In this document: one piece after another, positions 9,530 to 22,278 of the stretch | Layout of the letters: the number at the start of each line of letters is the position of its first letter | How positions within the stretch are numbered: position 1 is the stretch's first letter | NCBI GenBank assembly: GCA_964016885.1 | Contig: OZ024740.1 | Location: 428,544,001 to 428,608,000 of the forward strand | Direction: 5' to 3' | Length of the DNA: 64,000 nucleotides | From: Eledone cirrhosa | Taxonomy: Eukaryota | The notes under the pieces: generated by a model | What the model was told of the DNA's origin: nothing | Seen by the model: the letters and a program-made list of their open reading frames with translations, nothing else | Database searches by the model: none | Translations under genes and position numbers: made by a program

Positions 9530-9706
9530 AAAAAGTCGATTAGATCGACCCCAGTGTATATCTGGTACTTTGTTTTATCAACCCCGTAAGGATGAGAGGG
9601 AAAGCTAACCTCGGTCGGATTTTAACACAAACCGTAAAAGACCATACCCTATATGTTGCAAAGCACATTGCCCGGCGCTCTCCCGATACTGCCAATCCAC
9701 CGCCGT
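9530..9706 (-). mobile_element. tRNA-derived SINE (octopus-type, Meta/MESC-like central domain)
   Basis: Reverse complement starts GGCGGTGGATTGGCAGTATCGG and contains CCGAGGTTAGCTTTCCCTCTCATCCTTACGGGGTTGATAAAA..AGTACCAG. Homologous to 30289-30475. Confidence 0.85.
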
Positions 9707-9769
9707 TATACAAAACTAATTCTGTCACTAAAGTTTTTATTCAAACATTGCAATGTATCCTAACAAATA

Positions 9770-10115
9770 TATGTATAATGTATATTATATGTACAATAGA
9801 TGTACAATATATGTAAAATACATGTACAATATATGTAAAATACATGTACAATATGTACAATACATGTGGAATACAGATACAATACATATACAATACATGT
9901 GGAATACATATACAATACATATACAATACATAGGGAATACATATACAATACATATACAATACATATACAATACATATACAATACATATACAATACATATA
10001 CAATACATGTGAAATACATATACAATACATATACAATACATATACAATACATATACAATACATATACAATACATGTGAAATACATATACAATACATGTGA
10101 AATACATGTACAATA
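9770..10115. repeat. 11-bp minisatellite (CAATACATATA)n with variants
   Basis: Direct reading. Confidence 0.9.
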
Positions 10116-10329
10116 CGTCTGAAATACTTCCAATACACGTAAAATATATATAATACCTGTTCTGTGATATACATTATTGAATCAACAAAAGACAAGTAGA
10201 AATACACACACATGCACGCATACATACATGTACACACACGCACAACAACAACAGCAGCAACAATCGACCATATCACACACTATGATTTGAAACAAATGGA
10301 CAGAGATAACAGATAATATATATCTAGAC

Positions 10330-10405
10330 ACACTATGCCAGAAAAAAGTCAGGATGGTTACGACTGGAAGGCCTTTCAAGCTAAGCCTCTTAGATCAGAG
10401 CTGAC
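10330..10405 (+). repeat. Short dispersed repeat fragment; a related copy at about 11095-11183 ends in (CAA)n
   Basis: Both share GGATGG....ACTGGAA...TTTCA...GATCA.AGCTGAC. Confidence 0.4.
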
Positions 10406-10810
10406 TGGCCTAGCGTTAGGTACTAGAGACGGTAGAGATCCTTGTCTTGGGTTCAATCCTGGTCAAGGGGTTCATGTAATCGTTTTACTTTCTCCAGCCG
10501 CAACCTGGTGCAGTCTGCGACTAACCCAGGTTCTGCTGCACGTCGGGCTGAGGAGGCCAAACTCTTCAAATACCGGTCGCTCTATGACAGGTTTGTGGTT
10601 GTACCCTTGGCAGTGGAGACTTCTGGTGTCCTCGGCCCTAAGGTTACCTCTACTCACCACCATAGGAGCTGTGAGTTAGCCAGCTGCAGGTGTGAGCCTC
10701 GCGAGTTGGAATGGTTTTTCCAGCGCGTCTCCCTTGCCGTCCTCCGGGGAAACGCCTTCTCTATTCTGTCCGCCGGGGCTGTGGCGAAGCCACCAACATG
10801 ATTTACTGAC
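10405..10810 (+). mobile_element. 3' fragment of a CRE-clade (restriction-like endonuclease) non-LTR retrotransposon
   Basis: DGR.P..P/WSRG..TF..SATNPGSAARRAEEAKLFKY..VPLAVETSG..FQRVSLAVLRGNA matches the C-terminal pattern of CRE-like elements. Confidence 0.7.
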
Positions 10811-11499
10811 TTGTCATTTCATCAGTCAGATGTTACTGACCAATTGATGGTTTATAAAACCACAGTCAAGAACAGAGGTCAAGTTAGAGATACTGAGAGT
10901 GTTCTGCTAAGAAAAGATAACTATCTAGCTATCTCTCAAAAAATAACAATGATTTGGCTATCCAGATATAAGGGGAAAAAGAACAAATATGAATACTGGC
11001 TGAGTTTCTACGGTATACCTTGACAAATTAGTGATATTACACGAATCTTTCTTACACATTAGATACTGGTGTCTAAGTTGTATTCTGTCTGAGGACTAAA
11101 ATGGGATGGCCATCACTGGAATACATTTCATCTGCTCGATCAAAGCTGACATTAAGCTAAACAACAACAGAGACAACAACAACCAATAATTTTAGTTAAT
11201 CTATACACTAGTTCTTTCTTTTAATACAAAGTGTAAAATATGGAAATATAATCTATCAAATATTTTCTGCATTTGTCCATAGAGTGAGAAAATTGGGCAG
11301 CTGGTTTCACTTTCATTTCTATTGGCAAGTTAAAGCAATTAGAACATATGACTACAGTAATATATGAACATAATAATAGATTTATTCAACACTAAACTAT
11401 TACACAAGTTGTTAAGACATTAAGGTGCCAATTAAACTTTATCTGTTACTTTTAGCTATAGTTGTTGCTCTTAGTTGATGCATATGATGACAGCTTTTA

Positions 11500-11772
11500 T
11501 TGCTGCTGTCGGTTGTTCTCCATCACTTGTTGCTGTTGTTGTTGCTGTTGCTATTGTCGTTGCTGTTGTTGTTGCTGTTGTTGTTGTTGTTGTTGTTGTT
11601 GTTGCAGTTGTTGTTGTTGCTTTTGCTATTTTTGATGCTGTTGATGTTGCTGTTGCTATTGTTGTTTTTGTTGTTGTTATTGTTGTTGTTATTGCTGTTG
11701 TTGTTGCTGTTCTTGTTGCTGTTGCTATTGTTGTTGCTGTTGTTGTTGCTATTGCTGTTGTTGTTGTTGATG
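11500..11772. repeat. (GTT/GCT)n trinucleotide microsatellite
   Basis: Direct reading. Confidence 0.95.
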
Positions 11773-12745
11773 TTTTTTTTTCTTACCGCAGGCGCCTGAG
11801 GATTACCCTCAGTAGCGCCAGACTGGCGTGTGGGAGCCGCACGAGTTCATCCATGCTGGAGCCGAGTTGGTGGTGATAACAATCCACCATCAAGGCCGAA
11901 CATCTCACCCAAAGATGTTCGTAGGATTCTTCTTCCTCTCCGCACAGACGGCATGTGTTGATTTCCGCTTGGCCGAATATATGGAGCCATCTCCTTAATG
12001 ACGTGTGATGTCCACTGTGGAAGCGGACGAGATGGTTCCTATCTGCTTTGGAGAGAGTTTGCTCACTCTCCTCATTTGGGTGGCGGCTAAAGTCTGATTG
12101 TAGACGTTGATGCCGGATTGGTGGTGGGCGGAATTCCCGGCGAATGGCGGTGAGTCGGGTGGCGGCATCGATTGAACTTTCCAGTTGAGTAGATGCTGAG
12201 CCTTGTTTCGCCTGGGCGTCCGCCAGTTCTCTCCCTTTGATGTTACAGTGCCCCTGGACCCATACAGCTGTTAAGGTTCTCCCCTTTGTGATTTTGTTAG
12301 CGATCCCTTGCAGCTCGGTAATGAAAGGGTCATGGGGGAAGGGGTTGTTGACTGCTTGAACCAGCGACTTGCAGTCACAGATGACATTGGAGGACTCCCA
12401 GCTGGTGTCTGCCTGTAACCAAAGGAGGGCTTGTTTGAATGCAATTCTTTCGGAATGAAAGGAACTGCTACGAGCGCCCGACGGAGGGTGCCTCTCGTGG
12501 ACTACCTCTGCATTTTGGATGATTACGAGACCGGCACCGCCATTGGTTGTACCGTCGCATGTAGACGGGATTAGGGTTAAAGGATAGTCTTACCCCGTCT
12601 ATAGTCATATCTGGTTGCCACCTCGCTTCTGCACTGGATGTTCCAAAGAAGGTTGACTCGCATTTGGATGTGTTAAGTGGGAGTTTAATTTCTTTACTCC
12701 ATGCTATCACTTTATCCACTTCCTTTTGTAAGCGTTGCGCTAGTT
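11772..12745 (-). mobile_element. 5'-truncated, internally deleted I-group LINE with RNase H, inserted in (CAA)n
   Basis: Minus strand has the RT end (KVIAWSKEIKLPLNTSKCE), RNase H motifs (SSFHSERIA..ICDCKSLV..WVQGHCNIKGRELADAQAK) and CRLC..E..EH..C. The ORF ends ILRRLR-stop, then a short A run and (CAA)n. Confidence 0.78.
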
Positions 12746-12970
12746 GTTGTTGCTGTTGTTGCTATTGTTGTTGCTACTGTTGTTTCTGCTGTCGTTATTG
12801 TTGTTGCTATTGTTGTAGCTGTTGCTGTTGTTGTTGCTGCTGTTGTTGCTGCTGTTGTTGCTGTTGACGAAATGATAATGATAAAGACGATGAGGATGTC
12901 CCTGCTATTGTTGATGCTAGTGGTGCTGTTGTTGTTGATATTGTTGCTGTTGACGAAAATGATGATAATA

Positions 12971-13020
<50 letters not shown>
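12743..13020. repeat. (GTT/GCT)n tract grading into (TAA)n
   Basis: Direct reading. Confidence 0.9.
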
Positions 13021-15689
13021 CTAGATTCTATGAGGACAATAATATGTTCAAAAACAACCATAGAAACTTCTACAGAAAAATTGGTAAGTCAACAATAACT
13101 GCTAAATCAATACCACCCAAGGAGGAAGTGCAAGAATTCTGGGAAAAGATCTGGGCCGAAGAAAAAGTTCATAACATACATGCCCCATGGATAGACAGAC
13201 AAATGAAAGATACAGCTCACCTTGAGGAACAAATATGGGAAAATATAACAGTTGAACAGTTGCGCTTGACTCTAAGAAAAACCAGTAAATGGAAATCCCC
13301 AGGAAAAGACAAAATATAACATTTTTGGATAAATGCCTTCACAGAGTCTCATGAGCTGTTAGCCCAACTTTACAATGAAATAGTTAAGGAGCCAGAAAAG
13401 ATACCATCATGGCTAGTTAACGGCATTACATTCCTGCTTCCGAAGAATGATGAGACAAACAATCCCAAAAATTACAGACCGATAACTTGCTTGACCACAA
13501 TGTATAAAATTTTAACATCAGTCCTAACTGAATACACATATGACCACCTGATAACAAATGACCTATTTCCCATTGAGCAGAAAGGGTGTAAACGAGGCTC
13601 ATATGGCTGTAAGGATCAGCTTTTGGTTAACAAAATGATAATGGAAGATTGTCATAATAGACACAAAAATCTATCGATTGCTTGGATAGATTATAAAAAA
13701 GCATTCGATAGTTTGCCACACAGTTGGATTGAAAAATGTTTAGAGATTTTCAAAATATCCCCCGTTGTCAGGAGGTTTTTGTCATTCAGTATGAAGACAT
13801 GGAAAACGACACTCCTTTTGAATAGTGAAACAAAATCACTGGAAGCTGGAGAAGTTAATATTAATTGTTGAATTTTTCAGGGTGACTCTTTATCACCGCT
13901 TTTATTCTGCATCGCACTTATACCATTAAGTAAAATGCTCAATGAAACAAAACATGGATATAAAGTCTATGACAAAACCAGTAATCACTTGTTCTACATG
14001 GATGACCTGAAACTATTTGCAAAAAATGATGAACAATTGCAAGGGCTATTATCCACTGTGGAGCAGTTCAGTGATGACATTAAAATGGAGTTTGGACTAG
14101 ATAAATGCGCCAAAGCAACGTTCACCAGAGGAAAGCTGCTGAGGAGTTCAGACATTAATCTTGATCGGGGGAACGTGATAAGAGAACTTGATCAAGAAAA
14201 AACTTACAAATATCTAGGTGTTTGTGAAGGAGACGGAATCAAGCACTCGACAATGAGGAAAAGGATAAGGAAGGAATGTTACCGCAGAGTAAGAGCAATC
14301 TTAAGAACGGAATTGAATGCAAGGAATAGGATCGATGCCATAATCACGCTTGCCATACCAGTAGTAACCTACAGTTACAATGTCATCAACTGGTCAAGCA
14401 CAGAGATCCGTAGGCTCGATACAAAAATTCGAAAATTCTTAACCATGCACAGAATGCATCACCCTAAGGCAGATATAGATAGAATATATCTCCCTAGGAA
14501 AGAAGGAGGACGTGGGTTAATCCAGTTAGACATTGCGTTGAAAACTGCAACAATTGGATTATCTACATATCTAAGGGAATCACATGATTGGATGATCAAA
14601 CTCGTTTTGAAACACGAAAGCATCAAAAGATCATATTCCATTACAAAAGATGCACAAAGATACAGTAATGGACTACAAATTTCAGAAGTCCCATTTACTG
14701 CTGAAATGGAAAACACAGAAAAAGCAAAGCAGGTAAAAGTAACTGCAAAGAAGGAACTGCTACAGAAACTGGCTAAGAAATGGCAAGAAAAGCCTCTGTA
14801 TGGAAAATACCCAGAACGAGCTAACAATCCTGATGTTGACAAAACTTTAACCTATCAGTGGTTGGCATCCTCTGGACTGAAATCGGAGACTGAAGGACTG
14901 ATTATATCAGCACAAGATCAGTGTCTGCCAACAAAAAATTACCAAGCCAACATAATAAAAAATGGATGCAGCCCATTATGCCGTGTATGCAAAAAACAAC
15001 CAGAGACCATTGACCATATAATTTCAATGTGCAGTCCTATAGCTCCAACCGAATACCTAAACAGGCATGACAGAGCTGCACAATACATACATTGGATAAT
15101 GTGTAAGCATTTTGACCTGCCCCATCAAAAGAATTGGTGGGAGCATCAACCACCTCCCATACTTGAAAAAGATCACATCTCAATCTTGTGGAACTTTAGC
15201 ATCCAAACAGACCGAAAAATAGATGCAAATAGACCTGCTATAATATTGAAGGACTTTAAAAAGAGGGTATGCCTGCTAATTGATATGTCCGTTCCAATAG
15301 ACAAGAATGTATCTATAAAAACATTTGAAAAATTGAGCAAGTATAAGGACCTGGAGATAGAAATTGGAAAAATGTGGAAATTGAGAACTAAAACAATACC
15401 AGTGGTTGTAGGCGCTCTGGGAATGATACCTAAGGGGTCTAATGATTACTTATCGCAAATCCCAGGAAACCCGCGTATAGGAGAAATACAAAAGATAGTG
15501 CTAATGGGAACTGCCCATATACTAAGGAAGATTCTGTCAATATAAGTACATCACAAGTCTAAACACTAAAGATGCATGTGTGAGTATGTATGTTCTTTCT
15601 TGAACATGGCGGACCTTGTTGTCTCTTGAGGTCACTGGTTGTGACTTGGTGATAACTCGTATGAACATAAAGCAAGATAAATGCAACTG
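13021..15689 (+). mobile_element. 5'-truncated R4/Dong-like LINE (RT, CCHC, restriction-like endonuclease), with stop codons
   Basis: WKSPGKD, NYRPITCL, WIDYKKAFDS, IFQGDSLSP, HLFYMDDLKLF, CRVC..ETIDHIISMC and NRPAII..LIDMSVP..KLSKYKDL. (TAA)n on both sides. Confidence 0.93.
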
Positions 15690-15974
15690 TAATAATAATA
15701 ATAATAATAATAATGCTTTCTTTATTAACCACAAGGGTCTACATAAAGTAGACATTAAGGACAGTACAGCACAATACAGGGCGGTACAAATGGGCATTTC
15801 TGCGTGTAAAAAACAAGAAACGGAGGATGTAATAATAGAACAATGAAAAAATTCCCCAATAGGGGGGAGACTTCCGAGGGACATTCGTGGAGAAAGCTCA
15901 TTAAAAAGCCACAGTGAGCCTGACCACCAGGGCAAGTGCCCTCTCCCAGTTTTCCACCTTTAATTTACAGACAC

Positions 15975-18900
15975 ATACTGAGAGTAGGCCCATTCACTCG
16001 GGCCATTCTTGCCTCTCTCACCCATCTTTCAACAAAATGCTGGGAAGAGAGTACTTCCCTTTCTACCCTGATTTACCTTTTTAAATGAAATTTGAAAAAG
16101 TTAATCAGGGCATCACCGAAGAGGTAAGTGCTCGTCTTCAGCCCTTTCAAACGTGTCCACCATACTATCTCTTTCGCCATGGCCACCAGACATAAAAACT
16201 GCCTGCCCTTCCCGGCTAAAGGAAGAGGGAGAGGCAATCGTCACGATAGACCCAGCTGATAGCTGGATCCGTCCTACACGCGACAGCAGGTGTTCGACAT
16301 AAACCCACAAGTCAGCAATGCTCGGACACTGCACGAGTGCGTGCAGGACGGTTTCGTCGCCCTGCGCGCATCTCGGACATGCCCGGCTAACGGCACCTCC
16401 ATGCCTGTAGAGTTTATCCCGAACTGGCAAAGCTCCTCGGTAGCACTGCCAGGCCAGGGATTTCTGGAAGTTGTCCATAGGCCCCGGCCCGAAAGTTCTT
16501 CCGAAGAGATTGGCTAGTTGATTTTCGTCGACGCCTAGAGTTTCCCCAAGTACGTCGTCGCTCTTCCCCTCCACTAATCCTCTATAGAACGCCAAGGTGG
16601 AGTTTTCACCGATCACATTGCCCGATTGGTCGAGGGCTGTGAGCGCCTGAAGACATTCCAGTCTCCAAGCGTTCCCACTCGGTCTTCCCTTGACCCAGGA
16701 CTGCAGCTCCGTCAAGGAGACGAGCTGGGCAAAGACGCGTCTAGCAAACGGAGACCACACCTGATCACCGTCGAGGAAGAGGTAGAGATGTCGTAGCCTG
16801 AGCACGTGTCTGCGCATCATCAACCACGGCATTCCCAGCCCTCCACGTAGCGGGTGTTGATAGCAGATGGACCGCCTGACCATCGGAGCGCGTCCCTTCC
16901 ACAAAAAGCGAAAGAGCAAACGCTCCAGCGCAGTCAGGCGGGGCTTAGGACAAGATACGACGGTCAGGCGGTAGTAGATGACGGACGCGATATACGCGTT
17001 AGCCACCTCCGCTCGACCTTTCAGGGATAGCTTCCTATCGGCCCATTTCTGGGTGAGAGAAGCCACCCTGCTCGTCACCTCGTCCCAGTTTTTATCCGTC
17101 TGGAGATCCGGACCGAACCAGACCCCGAGCAATTTAACTGGTCCGTCCGTCCAGCGCCCGACGACGCTGTTGGACGGCATGGACCTGCCTCTCCAGGTGC
17201 CAAGCTGCAGGCCCACTGACTTTTCCTGGTTGATCATTGCTCCTGTCACCGCTTCGTATTCTCTTAGTGTAGTGCCGATTGCCTCGATGTGTTTGGCGTT
17301 CGACACCACTACGGTGACATCGTCCGCATATGCTGACACGGATCTTCCGCATGCTAGTTCGCCTGGGACCCCCCTCAACGTCTCCAGTTTGTGCAGTAAT
17401 GGCTCGAGAGTCAATACGTACAAGAGGGACGAGAGGGGACATCGTTGGCGGACCGAGCGCATGATGTTGAACGGTTCCGAAAGGTGACCGTTCACTCTCA
17501 CCACAGAGCAGATGTCGCTGTGCATGGCAGCGATCCAGCCTCTGAAGACGAGCCCAAAGCCAGCCGCCCTCAGGACTGCCGCTAGGTAACGATGGTCGAC
17601 CCTATCGAAAGCTTTCGACTGATCTAAATTGATCAAGGACCCATCCGTGCCAGGTTCCCTAGCTACCTTCTCTACGATGTATCTCTTGAGGTGGAGGTTG
17701 TCGTGGATGGATCTGTTGGGAATGGCGCATGTCTGCGCCTCTCCCACCAGACCACCAACGACAAGCGCCAACCTCTTTGCTAGCACCTTGGCCAAAATCT
17801 TGAACTCTGTGTTTAGCAGAGTTATGGGCCTAAAATTATTTATGTTATCCCCCTTGTTCAGATCCTTTCTCAGCAGCGCCACTGCTCCTCGGCTCACAGA
17901 GCTGGGAATTCTCCCGTTCTGTTGCCAGTTGCAGTAGACGTCCGCCAAGAGGCCTCCGAACAAGTCTGGCATCTGTACCTAACGTTCATAGGTCAGACCA
18001 TCCAAACCAGGCGATTTACCCCTTGTGCAGCTAGTCATTGCCTCCCTTACTTCAGCGGCTGTTATCGGCTTTTCGCAACACTCCGCCTCAGTGGCCAAGA
18101 GCCGCGGCAGTCCGTCGAGGTAGACACTAAAGTCCATCCCACGATCCGGCCCGCCGCTGCCCCCCGAACAACTGAGCGAAGTGTCGCTGAAAAGCTTCAC
18201 ACATTTGCCCGGGATCGAGTAGCATGCGCCCGTCGTGGTCCACCAAAGACCAGATCGTGGCTTTGTTTCCACGACGCGCCTCCGCCACTCTGGCCCATTG
18301 AACAGCTTTCGTGCCCTCGTGTCTGAGAGCACGCACTCTAGCTCTGATAACGCAGCCTTTGTGCTTTGCATTGAAGAATTGGTCAAGGGCCATTTTCGCC
18401 GCAAGTACGTCGGTCGCGATGCCTTTGCTAAGCGCCTCGTCTAATTTTCTAACTAATTCTCCCTCTGCTCTATTTTTCTCTATTGCTAAAGCCTTACTAA
18501 ACCTAATGGACTCTATTCTAATTGCTCTTTTCAGAGCAAACCACCACTTGTTGTTGACGATGGCCCCCGTCAACGCCCGCTTAACTAGTTCGCTAATCCG
18601 GTCTCTGTAGGCGTTTCGCGCTGGTAAGGACGCGTTTAGCTTCCAGTAGCTGGGTCCTCGTCTATGAAGCCTATCTAAGTCAAGCACACAGATCACGAAT
18701 TTGTGGTCCGTGTAGCTGACTATCTTGAATTGTGGACAGCCTATGCTAGACCTTTCTATTTCTCTACAAAATGCTCTATCTAGATATGATCTGGATGACC
18801 CTATACGATTTGTCCAAGTCCACATTGGCACATTCGGGAAATCCAATCGGTACCTGTCAGACAGTTCAAAACGCCTGAGCAGGTTGGTGAGGCTCTTGCA

Positions 18901-19385
18901 CCCTCCTCCCCTATCTGCTAATCCCACACAGTCCAAGCGTGCATCTAAGATCCCGTTCCAGTCGCCCACTAACACTAAAGAGCGGGACGTTCCAAGAAAG
19001 GTCGCCAGACGCCGGAAGAAATCAGGCCACCCTGCTCCTGTCGGGGCATAGACGGCGGTCACTAGCCTGAAAGCTTGCCCGTCTCCGCTGGTCACGTCTA
19101 GCACCAACAACTTACCTTCTGGGTCCAGGAAGATGGCCCGTACGGCGAGATCCAAACCTCTCCGAAAAAGCACAGCAACTCCTCCCCCGATCCCGGACGG
19201 CTGAGAGATGCGTACACATCGTAGCCGCCGAAGATCGGTGCGAAAGCCTGTGCTTCGGAGATTCTGGTCTCGCTGATGGCCACTTCATCTATGTTTAGTG
19301 ACCTGAGGTCGTTGAGCAGGTGGCCCTGCTTCCTTGACGACCCCAAGCCATGCGCATTTTAGCTGCCTATTCTGAGTGAGGTCAT
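15975..19385 (-). pseudogene. Tx1 ORF2 (APE endonuclease plus reverse transcriptase), disrupted
   Basis: Fragments 19098-19346, 18127-19173, 17979-18404 and 16113-17972 carry successive motifs in different frames. Confidence 0.9.
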
Positions 19386-19419
19386 GTTGAAATGGAGTGG
19401 AAGAGATGGTAAAGACCAC

Positions 19420-21365
19420 TTACCTTACTTCTCGTAGAGGAAGGATGGTTTGTCCATCATTTTCACTGCTTGTGGCCTCCTCCGGAAGGATGGCCTTATA
19501 AATCCTCCTGGAGAGTGTTTGTCGGAAGTCTCCGATGTCTTTGGGGAATTTTTGTTTCAGTGTCGTGTACGTTTTCTGTGTGATGCGAGTGATTTGTATG
19601 TGTGGAGGTGGTGTGAACTTTTGGGTTGTTGTGTAGTCTTTTTCTGTGATGCTGGTGTTGTGTTTCATGTAGTGTAATAATTGGTTGTTGTTCAAATTTA
19701 ATGCTGTGTAGTGTGTATCGTTTTGGTTGTTTTGTTTTGTTTGCGTTTGTTGTGGGTTTGTTTCTGTTACGCTTTTTGGTGACTTTTGTGGTGTTGGTGA
19801 TGGTGGTGTTGGGGTTAATGATGGTGATGGTGTTGGTGTTTGTGGTGATGGGGTTGGTGATGCTGGTGTGGATGGTGGCATATCTGTCCTAACTTTTTTG
19901 TTTGATAATTTATTTGTTTCCCTCTGCATTTTGTTTTTGGAGGGGGAAGGAAGAGAATTTTTTCTTTTTTGGTTTCTTTTTTTCTTTTTTCCTGATACCG
20001 TTTCCCACTCCTCGTCGTCACAATCTGTCTCCAGTTGCGATAAGCCGGGGCGTGGAAAATCCTCCACAGGCGTTGGTTTTGGTTGTGGCGTGGTGGATGG
20101 TGTAGGCGCTGGTGCTAGTTCTGAAGCGCTGGGTGGTGGTGGTGTTGGTTTTGCAACTGTTGGTGGGGTTGTTGCTGTTATAGTTGCTTCTGTTGTTGCT
20201 GCTACAGTTGTTGCTGCCATTTCTGCTGCTGGTGGTGTTGATGGTTGAGTCACTGGGGTGGGTAAGAGAGGTGGCTTCAACCTTTTAGCCTGAGGGCAGA
20301 AAGCCCTTAGGTGGGTTCTTTCACCACAAACGACACACCTAGGTCTTCTGCCCTCGACGATTACGGTGAGGTGGCTGCCGTCAGTGAGGTCTATTACCTC
20401 TGGGACCTCCTCAATGCTTTTATGGTCCGCTTGGATCAGGACCAGTTCTCCTGCTTTTCTTTCGCTATTTCAATTATCTTGGTGTTGGCCTCGATGTCGG
20501 CGAGGACGGCAGTCATTAGCCAGGGAATTTCGATGGCCGGTGGAACTTGGGTCACCCTGATTTTCACAAGTCTCTGGCCACAAAAGCTTGGGATGAGTGT
20601 GAAGTCGTCACTTCTTAATGGGGCCATGGAGTGTTCTCTGGCCTCCTGTGGTGTTTCAAAGAACACGTCCACGGTTCCATACTTCTGCCCACGTCTGATG
20701 TGGGTTTCTTTTGCCCACACATGTCCCAAAGCTTTTTGGATTTGGGACTCGGATGCCCGTTCCACTCGGCGCGATTTTATGTTAATTGTCCGATAAGACA
20801 TGGTGCATAGGCGACGGTGCTCCATTTTATTAGGTGTGTGTGGGTGTGGGGGGGGGCGTTAGGCTGACCCTGTACCCATCTTTCTTTACCATTCCTTTGG
20901 CTTCTTCTAATTCCTCCTGATTTACCTGGATCGCTTCGCACGTTTTTGCTACTCTGGCAAAACTCAGGGTAGTTTTCTTAATTTCATTGTTGCTGTTGTT
21001 GTTATCGTTATTTTTGCTATTGTTAATTTTAGTTTCAGTTGTGGTGGTGGTGGCGTCAGTTGTGTTCGGTGTGGAAGAATTCCTTTTGGTTGAATTCATT
21101 TCGAGATCACGAGTTAATTTATTTTTTCTTTTGTTTCTGTTGTCGCTGTGGTAGTGGAGGGGGTGGTGGTTGTCGCGGTGGTCGTGGTGGCGGCTTTAAC
21201 ACCTGCAGTCATTGGTAATGGCGGGAAATGAACGTCTGCCGGAGACAAATTTAAAATATTGCTACTGCTTACATTTCCAGTGTTGGCAAACGTAGCAATA
21301 TTTACAATGGTGATGTCGGTGTAAGGTGTTAGATTGTGAGGAAGGAGTGACTCTGAGTCATCCAT
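19420..21365 (-). pseudogene. Tx1 ORF1 (CCHC knuckle, Thr/Pro-rich low-complexity regions), disrupted
   Basis: Consecutive ORF fragments separated by stops and frameshifts. CX2CX4HX4C near 20295-20340. Confidence 0.75.
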
Positions 21366-21581
21366 TATTTTTCAAAGAAAAATTTTTGTTTGATAATTAT
21401 AAAAAGTTTAAATTTTGGGCTCAAGGCCCCAATATTATTGAGTGTCCTTTTCAGAAATCAATGTATGTGCACTTATATACAGTTAACAATAAAAATTTTC
21501 CATAAATGGCAATTTTAAACAACTGAAAATAACAAACCTTTGCGGAGCTCAAAGATGATACGATTTACTACGTAGGTCGCC

Positions 21582-21619
<38 letters not shown>

Positions 21620-21628
21620 TAATAATAA

Positions 21629-22278
21629 TGGGAAACAGAGTTAACATCAACTGGAGAATCCTTGGGAAGCGTGAAGATCAAGAGAGGTATCTTCCAGGGA
21701 GATAGTCTGTCCCCTCTGTTGTTTGTCCTTGCCCTGATGCCCCTGACCAGTGTACTGCGAAAAGTGAGAGCAGGATACAGGTTGGGAAAGGGAGGGCTTA
21801 CCATCAATCACCTCCTCTTCATGGACGATCTTAAGCTCTTCGGGAAGAGTGAGAAGTAGTTGGATGTGCTTGTTGACACTGTCCGTATTTTCAGCAATGA
21901 TATATGTATGCAATTTGGTATTAGTAAGTGTGGAGTCATTGTGATGAAGAGGGGTAAGTTGAGCAGAAGTAACGGAATCCAGGTACCAACAGGTGAGATG
22001 ATAAAGGAAATTGACTCTGAAGAAGGATACAAGTATTTGGGCGTTCTGGAGGCTGATGACATCAAGAACAAAAAAAAATGAAGGAATTGATAAGAACTGA
22101 ATACATTCGGAGAGTAAGGAGCGTATTAAAGTCACATCTGAACAGTAGGAATGCCATAAGTGCAGTAAATTCCCGAGCTGTGTCTATTATTAGGTACAGT
22201 GCGGGAATTCTGAGATGGAATGCTGCTGAACAAAAAGAAATGGATAGGAAGACTAGGAAGCTATTGACTATCTACAAT
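21629..22278 (+). mobile_element. Internal RT fragment of a second R4/Dong-like family
   Basis: GIFQGDSLSPLLF, HLLFMDDLKLF and YKYLG. Nearly identical to about 23745-24335. Confidence 0.9.

Larger units (their letters stand above)
15715..21581 (-). mobile_element. Full-length Tx1-clade LINE (about 5.9 kb, ORF1 plus APE-RT ORF2), mutated, inserted in (ATT)n
   Basis: ORF1 about 21365-19420 with a CVVCGERTHLRAFC zinc knuckle. ORF2 from ATG 19385 has APE motifs (AISET, VYAP, VGDWN, SYLDR, TDH), RT motifs (FRPITLLN, DQSKAFD, SAYADD) and a C-terminal CPRC..H..C. The 3' end is TGGTTAATAAAGAAAGC(ATT)n. Confidence 0.93.

Noticed and set aside
10398-10470. tRNA-like A and B boxes (TGGCCTAGCGTTAGG, GGTTCAATCC) suggesting a SINE with a CRE tail
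   Set aside because: The same bases are explained by the end of a neighbouring repeat and by CRE coding sequence (DGR.P...P/WSRG), so the match is probably coincidental.
9741-13061. Cys/Tyr-rich, poly-Val, poly-Leu, poly-Cys and poly-Gln ORFs
   Set aside because: Translations of the 11-bp minisatellite and (GTT)n/(TAA)n tracts.
13935-15545. Active retrotransposon ORF
   Set aside because: In-frame stops upstream (13317, 13869), 5' truncation, and the endonuclease PD motif reads PA.
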